This document shows, in pieces, positions 57,342-64,000 of a stretch of DNA of 64,000 nt (within the stretch, counting starts at the first letter, position 1; every line of letters begins with the position of its first letter). Both the position numbers and the translations under genes were made by a program. This stretch comes from Candidatus Geocrenenecus huangii (GTDB lineage Archaea; Thermoproteota; Nitrososphaeria_A; Caldarchaeales; Wolframiiraptoraceae), in the NCBI GenBank assembly GCA_023254095.1, contig JALNLM010000006.1, forward strand, positions 28,146-92,145, written 5' to 3'. The notes beneath the pieces are model-generated. The model saw only the letters and a program-made list of their open reading frames with translations, ran no database searches and was not told where the DNA came from.

Positions 57342-58355
57342 ATGAAATCTAAAAAGACTATACTGTTATCGGTATCTACCGCCTTGGTAGTCATATTGAT
57401 TCTGTCCATAATGTATGTTCCATCAATCTTGTCTAGTAGAAAGACCTATGATACAGTAAGGCTAGCCGTGGAATTCAATAATCATGCTGCTCCTGCATAC
57501 CTTGCTAAGCATTCCAACTGGTTCTCCGAAGAAGGGCTCAACATCACAATCTTCAATTCATACGTTACAGGCGTAGCTCTAGCTAATGCTCTAGCAAGAG
57601 GGGACATTGACGCCGCCTACATATGTCTAGGACCTGCGCTTCTCTCCTACTCGAGAGGGATCGACATAGTTATAGTTGCTGGAACACACTTCAATGGATA
57701 TGCTATAGTCTCGAAAGAAGGGATATCTGATCCTAATCAATTAGAAGGGAAGAAGGTCGGAGTGGTTGAGGCAGGATCGAATGCAGACCTACTTTTCAAT
57801 CTAGCGGTGGAAAAATATGGCTTAGATAAGAAGAATATTGATGTTAGGAGAGGTAACCCGCCACTATTGATAACGTTACTTTTGACAAACCAAGTTGATG
57901 CAATAGTTGTTCCAGAACATTGGGCGACACTTGCAGCATCTAATGAAGGTCACCACATTCTCCTAAGAAGTCAAGACGTATGGCTTGATATGCAGGGTAG
58001 CGTATTGGTTGTAAAAAGAGAACTATTGGAGAAGAAACCTGAAGTAGTGGAGAAATTGGTAAAGATAACAATGAAGGGGATAGAATATATTGAGAAGAAT
58101 AAAGATGAGGCTGCCAACATCCTTATAGAAGAGTTTAGTATTGCTTCTCCAATGGGCGTTGAGCCTGAACTGGTTAAGGGAGTCTCACAAACACTCTCCA
58201 GGGAAATCATGAGTAAATCAATGGATAACTTAAGGTACAGCATTGAACTAGACATCAACTCAATACAAAGATATGTGGAGCTACTGTATAAGCTAGGCTA
58301 CATAGACAACCTCTTTGACGTCGGCAAGATTATACATAAGAGTTTCATTGGTTGA
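57342..58355 (+). CDS. ABC transporter substrate-binding protein (NMT1/SsuA/TauA-like), membrane-anchored
   Basis: N-terminal TM anchor, then a type-II periplasmic binding fold resembling the NitT/TauT family. Confidence 0.7.
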   Translation: MKSKKTILLSVSTALVVILILSIMYVPSILSSRKTYDTVRLAVEFNNHAAPAYLAKHSNWFSEEGLNITIFNSYVTGVALANALARGDIDAAYICLGPALLSYSRGIDIVIVAGTHFNGYAIVSKEGISDPNQLEGKKVGVVEAGSNADLLFNLAVEKYGLDKKNIDVRRGNPPLLITLLLTNQVDAIVVPEHWATLAASNEGHHILLRSQDVWLDMQGSVLVVKRELLEKKPEVVEKLVKITMKGIEYIEKNKDEAANILIEEFSIASPMGVEPELVKGVSQTLSREIMSKSMDNLRYSIELDINSIQRYVELLYKLGYIDNLFDVGKIIHKSFIG

Positions 58356-59122
58356 AAGTGAGATATATGTCATACAATGAATGGTTGGAAAGAATTAGCT
58401 GGCTGGCACCAATTATATCTCTATTATTTTTATGGGAGGTTCTAGCGCAGCTAAGAATCTTCCCAGAATACTTATTTCCATCATTTGTGAAAACGCTGTT
58501 CTCAGGATACCTGTTGCTTAGAGATGGGACTTTATTGATCAATCTATTGGCAAGCCTTGTAAGAGTTATCACTGGATTTCTAATAGGCTCTTTCACAGGG
58601 ATAGTTTTAGGCATAGTTATGGGGTATCGAGACACAGTATACAAAACTCTACATCCGATATTCAGCTTACTAATGCCTATCCCTGCTCTCGGGTGGCTTC
58701 CCTTGTTTATTCTGTGGATCGGAGTAAACGAGGCTTTACCAATTCTCCTAGTGTTTATCTGTTCTTTCTTCCCGGTTCTATACAACACAACCTCTGGAAT
58801 AAGAAGCGTTGATAGAAGGTATGTAGAGATGGCGAGAAGCTTGGGGGCATCATCGAGAAAAGCTTTCATCGATATAGTACTACCGCTTGCTCTCTCAAGT
58901 ATATTCACTGGTTTGAGATTGGAAGCTGGAATGGCCTGGAGGACGATCGTGGCCGCTGAGATGATAGCCATCCCCGTCGGAATAGGTGCTTTAATGATAA
59001 CTTCTCAATACTTAATGAGGGTAGATATTATTATCGTCTGCCTCGGAGTTCTCGCCTCAATGACTTTAATCTCAGAGAAGGTACTCATGTGGATGGAGAA
59101 AAAGACCATTAAATGGAGGTAG
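58352..59122 (+). CDS. ABC transporter permease
   Basis: Six TM helices with an EAA-like loop. Overlaps the upstream and downstream genes. Confidence 0.8.
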   Translation: MKVRYMSYNEWLERISWLAPIISLLFLWEVLAQLRIFPEYLFPSFVKTLFSGYLLLRDGTLLINLLASLVRVITGFLIGSFTGIVLGIVMGYRDTVYKTLHPIFSLLMPIPALGWLPLFILWIGVNEALPILLVFICSFFPVLYNTTSGIRSVDRRYVEMARSLGASSRKAFIDIVLPLALSSIFTGLRLEAGMAWRTIVAAEMIAIPVGIGALMITSQYLMRVDIIIVCLGVLASMTLISEKVLMWMEKKTIKWR

Positions 59123-59125
59123 CAT

Positions 59126-60166
59126 ATGACGGAAATCAGTTTAGAAGATGTATCTAATGAATACATATTGAAGAGCATAACCCTAACAATATGCAGCAAA
59201 GAATTATTCATGTTACTTGGACCATCAGGTGCGGGAAAAACAACTTTACTTAAAGCAATAGCAGGCTTAACGAAATACAAGGGAAGAATATATTTTGACA
59301 GGGAAGCAGTAGATGATCTTCCGCCCGAAGAGAGGATGGTTGGCTACGTCCCTCAAGACTTCATCCTTTTCCCTCACATGACGGTAGAAGAAAACATTGC
59401 ATACGGATTAAAGACTCGAAGAATACCGAACTCTGAGATTCTACGAAGGCTTGAAGACTTGCTAGATATATTCGGGCTACGGCATCTTAGTAAAAGATAT
59501 CCCAAGGATCTTAGTGGTGGAGAAAAGCAGCGTGTAGCTATTGCTAGAGCATTGGCTATACAGCCGAGGGTCCTCTTACTCGATGAACCTTTAAGTAATC
59601 TTGACCCTGAGACAAGCAAATACGTTAGGGGATGGCTTCGATCAGTTATTCGAAGATTGGGCATAACTACGCTCTGGGTTACACATGATATAAATGAAGT
59701 AGAAGAAATAGGTGATAGGATCGGGATAATATATAATGGGGTACTTGAGCAAGTTGGTAGAATTAGGGATATATTTTCTTCACCGAAGACTCGTAACGTT
59801 GTAGAGCTGCTAGGTCTCCACAATACCTTTGAATGTGAGGCTGTTAAGATTGATGGCCCCTTCGCGGAGATAGAGTTTAATGGCATAAAGCTATTAACAG
59901 TGAATGATGGAGCCAGCGTAAAGAAGATCCTAATACATCCGCAAGAGATAGTAGTTTCAACAGAGAAGATTAGAATGGTGAATACGTTTGAAGGAGTCTT
60001 ACAAGAAATAGATGAAAACGTCAGCTATGCTCGTCTAAAGATTAGAGTTGGCGAAGTTGTCTTCACTTCTGATCTACCGATAGACATGTACAGACTCATG
60101 AACCTGAAGATAGGGAAGAAGATCTTCATTAATATAAGACCCAGAGCAGTAAAGTGTATATCATAG
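59126..60166 (+). CDS. ABC transporter ATP-binding protein with C-terminal TOBE-like domain (ModC/WtpC-like)
   Basis: Walker A 'GPSGAGKTT', signature 'LSGGEKQRVAIA', Walker B 'LLLDEP'. About 100-aa C-terminal OB-like tail. Confidence 0.85.
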   Translation: MTEISLEDVSNEYILKSITLTICSKELFMLLGPSGAGKTTLLKAIAGLTKYKGRIYFDREAVDDLPPEERMVGYVPQDFILFPHMTVEENIAYGLKTRRIPNSEILRRLEDLLDIFGLRHLSKRYPKDLSGGEKQRVAIARALAIQPRVLLLDEPLSNLDPETSKYVRGWLRSVIRRLGITTLWVTHDINEVEEIGDRIGIIYNGVLEQVGRIRDIFSSPKTRNVVELLGLHNTFECEAVKIDGPFAEIEFNGIKLLTVNDGASVKKILIHPQEIVVSTEKIRMVNTFEGVLQEIDENVSYARLKIRVGEVVFTSDLPIDMYRLMNLKIGKKIFINIRPRAVKCIS

Positions 60167-60191
60167 CTTACAAGAGGTTACGTGAGAAGGC

Positions 60192-60926
60192 ATGGATTAT
60201 CTTGAAGAACTTCGAAAGAAGTGGTGGAAGAAAGTCGTGAAGAGCAACCTTGAATCTAGGAGGATACGTGTTACGGTTAAGACTCTAAAACCCGAAGAGG
60301 CGATAGGGCATCCAGCTAGGAGAGAGTATCCACTACTTAAAGGAAAAGAAGTTATGATACAGGCTGACCTAGATAATGCGATTGGTCAAGCGTTTACAGA
60401 TGAGCCAACTAATTTTGAGGGAACATTAAGAGAGCTGAATAAACTCGATATAGAAAAGAATTGTTGCAGAGCTTTGCTCACAGCAGGCATAAACGCCACC
60501 TATAGACTGTTAGGATTGGTTGAAGGTACGAGGCATTGTATAGATGATGGGCCGGAGCAATGTGCGGAGAATATACTGAAATACTTCTATCAGCTTCACA
60601 AGGGGTCGAGGATATGTATAGTGGGATTTCAGCCTGCAATAGTCTACCACCTCTCCAGAAGATTCCACGAAATAAGAGTTACAGACATGAATGAGGAAAA
60701 TATAGGCAGGGAATATTATGGTGTGGTCGTCGAATCTTACACAAGTAATGTAGAAGCGATTAGATGGAGTAATGTTGTGCTCGCAACAGGATCCACGCTC
60801 GTCAACAACACAATAAAGGAGATTATCGAGTCGGCTGAGAATAGACCATTATATTTTTATGGGGTAACCGCCGCGGCATTTTCTTACGAGTTTGGCTTCA
60901 AGAGACTTTGCTTCAAATCTCTATAA
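60192..60926 (+). CDS. DUF4213/DUF364 family protein (Rossmann-like, proposed metal-chelation domain)
   Basis: 'GLVEGTRHC' and 'ICIVGFQPAIV' blocks resemble the family. Tentative. Confidence 0.4.
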   Translation: MDYLEELRKKWWKKVVKSNLESRRIRVTVKTLKPEEAIGHPARREYPLLKGKEVMIQADLDNAIGQAFTDEPTNFEGTLRELNKLDIEKNCCRALLTAGINATYRLLGLVEGTRHCIDDGPEQCAENILKYFYQLHKGSRICIVGFQPAIVYHLSRRFHEIRVTDMNEENIGREYYGVVVESYTSNVEAIRWSNVVLATGSTLVNNTIKEIIESAENRPLYFYGVTAAAFSYEFGFKRLCFKSL

Positions 60927-61105
60927 CCTTGTAAAAAGTTCAATAAGACGATCGTTACCAGCAAATTGAAGAGGATATATATTTCCAAGATGCATCTACG
61001 TTTCCAATGAGGAAATCTAGATAACTTGTTGAAGAATGCTTTTTTAACCCTAACAGTCTTACCCCAATACTGATATCTATATGATAATGTATTTAAATAG
61101 CTACG

Positions 61106-61768
61106 TTGGAGCAAATTCCAGGGGGTTTCTCTCCCTTGACTGTGCTAATCCCACTCGAGAGGGGGAGAGCCGTCGGAAGACTGTATCTGACTTCTTTTGA
61201 GAAGCTTGAAATCGGGCATTTGTTGGAGATAGAACCTGAAATAGCGAAAGAACTGGAAGATCTTCGGAAAGAAGTTACTGAGAAGAATTGGAAACTCGAC
61301 TATTCTGACCACTTAGCAATGCTCTCGGGAGAACTACATTTAAACAATATAGAGTATCAGTTAATGTCTTGGAGCCTCTTTAAAAGCAACTATAGCATGA
61401 TGATAGATATAGGAACGGTTCTTCCAGTAGTCAAAGAAATAAAATTGAGTAAGCTCATCTACAACATACAGACCGACAAGATGACGCACGATAATATATC
61501 TATAGATCTTGTAAGAAAAGAGATTACGCATGTTAACGACATTTTCTGGAACTGGGAGGAAGGATGGGAGAAAGATCCTGAGAAACTATTGGAGGCTTTT
61601 GAGACACTAAAAGTGTTAAGATGGCTTATAGAAGAAAAAGGGTATTCTCTTAGAGGAGAACCTGATGTAGAAAAATATCGTAAAATACGTGAATCGTTAG
61701 AAAGTTCTGGAAAAATAACCAAATCAGCCATCGACTACAACTTAGCTAATCTAGATGATAGTAAGTAA
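61106..61768 (+). CDS. Hypothetical protein
   Basis: 220-aa acidic soluble ORF with no recognisable motif. Confidence 0.35.
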   Translation: MEQIPGGFSPLTVLIPLERGRAVGRLYLTSFEKLEIGHLLEIEPEIAKELEDLRKEVTEKNWKLDYSDHLAMLSGELHLNNIEYQLMSWSLFKSNYSMMIDIGTVLPVVKEIKLSKLIYNIQTDKMTHDNISIDLVRKEITHVNDIFWNWEEGWEKDPEKLLEAFETLKVLRWLIEEKGYSLRGEPDVEKYRKIRESLESSGKITKSAIDYNLANLDDSK

Positions 61769-61780
61769 TAATCGTTGTCC

Positions 61781-63484
61781 CTATCTATAGATGAACCATT
61801 TATCATATTCGGCAGGAATGAGCTTAGTCCTCTTACAGTCAGGACATAGCTTTAGAGATTCGAGCCTATCTACATTACTCGCACCAACGCTCTCGTATAA
61901 TTTCTCGATTTTTCTCAGCTTACCTTTCGTTATAAATGGTTTACCACATCTAAGACATTTTATGAGCTCCTCCGTGATAAGGGTCTTGGAAGAATCATCG
62001 AGCAATCTCGGTATAGAGATGTATTTTTTTACCATAATCGCATTTTCCGTACAGATTTGTCTACATAGATTACAGCCTATACACCTCTGGTAAACAAAAC
62101 CTAGACGTATTGTATCCGGCTCCCTAGTTATCGTGAAAGCTTTCATCGGACACTTATTGTAGCATAACTCACATATAACGCATTTTTCCTGATCTATCAT
62201 TACTTCTCCGAATGGACATGGCTCACCACATTCAATAAACTCTACTAAAGGTCTTCTATCATCCAACAAACTCTTAACAATATCTATGAACTCGGCTCTT
62301 CTATTATATGCTCCGAAATGCTTATCTATGGATTTTTCTAATTGTTCACTCTTAACACTAGACTTAAACTCGTATAATTTCTCCAGAAAGAACCCTAGAT
62401 CATTTTCTCCAAACTCGATTAAGATTATTTTTTCTTGGTTTATGCCTGCTGATTTCAAGATGTTTCTAACCATATTCGTCTTCTGATATAGTATGTGAAG
62501 ATACTCTAGCTTATTCTCATTTCTTAATACTGGAATTATTGTGCCCGCCGCTCCATACAATATCGGAACGAGTAGTATGTTTTCAGATATTAACCCAAGA
62601 GTCGGCAATTCTATTGGAAATACTTCTAAAGGTAAGCTTAACCCCTCCTCAACAAACCTACTCAATAGATAATGGTAATCATTAGAATCGACGTACATTA
62701 TAGCCTTGGATCGCATTTCTTCTCTATGATTCGTCAAGATGGTTCTTATCTGGGCTTCTAATTGTTTATCAGTAGATTTAGGTATCTGGATGGCACCTGT
62801 AGGACATACTGCTACGCAGACCCCGCAGATACTACAATAGTCATAATCTAGGTTTAGTCCACCGTCTTCCGCACTCTTTAGAATTCTTCTAGGACATGAA
62901 TCGATGCAGAAGCTACATGCTGAAGTCCCAACGCATTTCTCTCTCAGTATGACTGGGGTCGGCTGATATACAGTAAGTATCTGTGGTAAAGCTTTAAGTA
63001 AGCTTCTTCTAGTAATCTTAGATTGAGCCTTTATTCTTCTTGGCTTGACCTCCTCAATCAACCGCATATGCATCATCTTCTCAAAGATGCTGCATATCAT
63101 GAGGCCAAGCTTCAGGGTAGTATGGCTAGAATATTCTCTCGGTAGGTTTTTGAAAAGTTCTCTTGAAGGTATCAATTCTAGAGATAAAGGATTTAGGCCA
63201 GCGCTCTCAACTATGTCGGCGAAAGTCTCTTTATACAATGAACAACCGGCAAGTAATACTCCCTTAAAATTCCCTTTTTTCAGTTTTTCACGTATAGTAG
63301 CGGGTTCTCTGCAAAGTTCATTAAAGAAGTATACTGTCGGGATACTTATTGAATCCTTAATATAGTCTTCCAGCTTCTCAAAATTTACCGACTTGATATT
63401 TCTCATACATCTACATATAAGTATAGCTATCTCTGCATCTCTATGCATCATATAATTTCTCCCTATACCTTTGCATGGATACAA
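61781..63484 (-). CDS. MvhD/FlpD-like domain fused to a polyferredoxin (4x[4Fe-4S]) with C-terminal Zn-ribbon
   Basis: N-terminal 'AILICRC...VLLAGCS' (MvhD-like). 'CVGTSACSFCIDSCP', 'CSICGVCVAVCP', 'CVICELCYNKCP', 'CIGCNLCRQICT'. Terminal 'CLRCGKPF...CPDCKRT'. Confidence 0.6.
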   Translation of the reverse strand: MYPCKGIGRNYMMHRDAEIAILICRCMRNIKSVNFEKLEDYIKDSISIPTVYFFNELCREPATIREKLKKGNFKGVLLAGCSLYKETFADIVESAGLNPLSLELIPSRELFKNLPREYSSHTTLKLGLMICSIFEKMMHMRLIEEVKPRRIKAQSKITRRSLLKALPQILTVYQPTPVILREKCVGTSACSFCIDSCPRRILKSAEDGGLNLDYDYCSICGVCVAVCPTGAIQIPKSTDKQLEAQIRTILTNHREEMRSKAIMYVDSNDYHYLLSRFVEEGLSLPLEVFPIELPTLGLISENILLVPILYGAAGTIIPVLRNENKLEYLHILYQKTNMVRNILKSAGINQEKIILIEFGENDLGFFLEKLYEFKSSVKSEQLEKSIDKHFGAYNRRAEFIDIVKSLLDDRRPLVEFIECGEPCPFGEVMIDQEKCVICELCYNKCPMKAFTITREPDTIRLGFVYQRCIGCNLCRQICTENAIMVKKYISIPRLLDDSSKTLITEELIKCLRCGKPFITKGKLRKIEKLYESVGASNVDRLESLKLCPDCKRTKLIPAEYDKWFIYR

Positions 63485-63553
63485 TATAGACCTTACTTAT
63501 CAAACGACGCAATTATGGGAGATTTATATAACCCAATTTATGTGAAATCGAGT

Positions 63554-63991
63554 TTATCTACTGCTACTCGGTTGAAGAATGATTTTTAATAGCTGTGGAT
63601 ATTGTTCAGGAAGCTTTATTATTTCTGAGCGATCAATGTCTTCAAATGTTGCGAATGCATCTCCTTCAATGTCGGCTACTTCTTCTTTATCCTTAACAAG
63701 TACTATCTTTATCGCTTCTTTGTATTGTTTAATCAATCTGTAGAAACCCTCTAAGACCAGGAAGTCTATATCCTCTCCTACAAGATTTAACAATTCATCC
63801 ATGGAGTTGATGCCTCTATTCCTCCAGATTACAGTTACCTCATTTGGTGAGATTATTATGTTGGGGTTTGCCCCTGCCTCACCATGTTTCCAGCTATCTT
63901 TACCTGATTGGTCTATACTAAAATTGGCGTGATGAACATGCTTAGCGCTTGCAACCCTAAACCCCATATCTCTTAAACTCTTAATCAACAT
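63554..63991 (-). CDS. mobB: Molybdopterin-guanine dinucleotide biosynthesis adaptor MobB (C-terminal part; N-terminus beyond window end)
   Basis: 'GFRVASAKHVHHANFSIDQSGKDSWKHGEAGA' MobB core. The P-loop would lie past position 64000. Confidence 0.55.
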   Translation of the reverse strand: MLIKSLRDMGFRVASAKHVHHANFSIDQSGKDSWKHGEAGANPNIIISPNEVTVIWRNRGINSMDELLNLVGEDIDFLVLEGFYRLIKQYKEAIKIVLVKDKEEVADIEGDAFATFEDIDRSEIIKLPEQYPQLLKIILQPSSSR

Positions 63992-64000
63992 CGTTGTAAG

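Noticed and set aside
60927-61105. Possible C/D box sRNA in the 60927-61105 spacer (ATGAGGA ... CTGA ... ATGATAA)
   Set aside because: The box C candidates deviate from RUGAUGA at critical positions, and no terminal stem pairs the ends. This is weaker than the 14624-14697 candidate.
1-64000. CRISPR array or rRNA genes
   Set aside because: No series of regularly spaced direct repeats and no rRNA-like segments were seen by eye on either strand.

Overview
AT-rich archaeal chromosomal segment. Gene content suggests a thermophilic TACK/crenarchaeal-type organism: GatDE, Kae1, aIF5B, S6e/S24e/S27ae, Dph2-Csl4-RpoL, an intron-containing tRNA, an intein, DsrC and Rieske/cytochrome b. Most of the window is densely packed housekeeping genes: glnA, gatD/gatE, pyk, pheA, nfi, dph2, csl4, rpoL, kae1, moaA, infB, r-proteins, hemA, cbiA, sirC. 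Non-routine content is interleaved with these. (1) A six-gene minus-strand operon encodes DsrC, a Tat-Rieske protein, a bc-type cytochrome b, a small TM protein, a NarI-like DsrM/HdrE and a CCG-domain DsrK/HdrD. (2) An alpha-class SPPY DNA methyltransferase is translationally coupled to a 370-aa protein with no recognisable motifs, a candidate new restriction or defence partner. (3) A KaiC-like ATPase is interrupted by a 195-aa Ser1 mini-intein and its stop codon overlaps the start of a PriS-like AEP primase. (4) A secreted coiled-coil membrane protein carries 15 Tyr/Leu heptads and a cytoplasmic AbrB-like domain. (5) A protein fuses four CBS domains to an HPF/RaiA-like ribosome-hibernation domain. 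(6) A sulfur-mobilisation cluster (NifS-IscU-TusA-like-SufS) ends in a frameshifted metB/metC-like gene. (7) A Mo/W-cofactor neighbourhood (Tfx regulator, frameshifted TorD-like chaperone, ABC transporter with TOBE ATPase, DUF364, MvhD-polyferredoxin, MobB) has no catalytic subunit in the window. There are two tRNAs (Leu-UAG; an intron-containing probable Trp-CCA) and a candidate C/D box sRNA. No CRISPR array or rRNA was seen. Product calls rest on motif recognition in the supplied translations, not on database searches.
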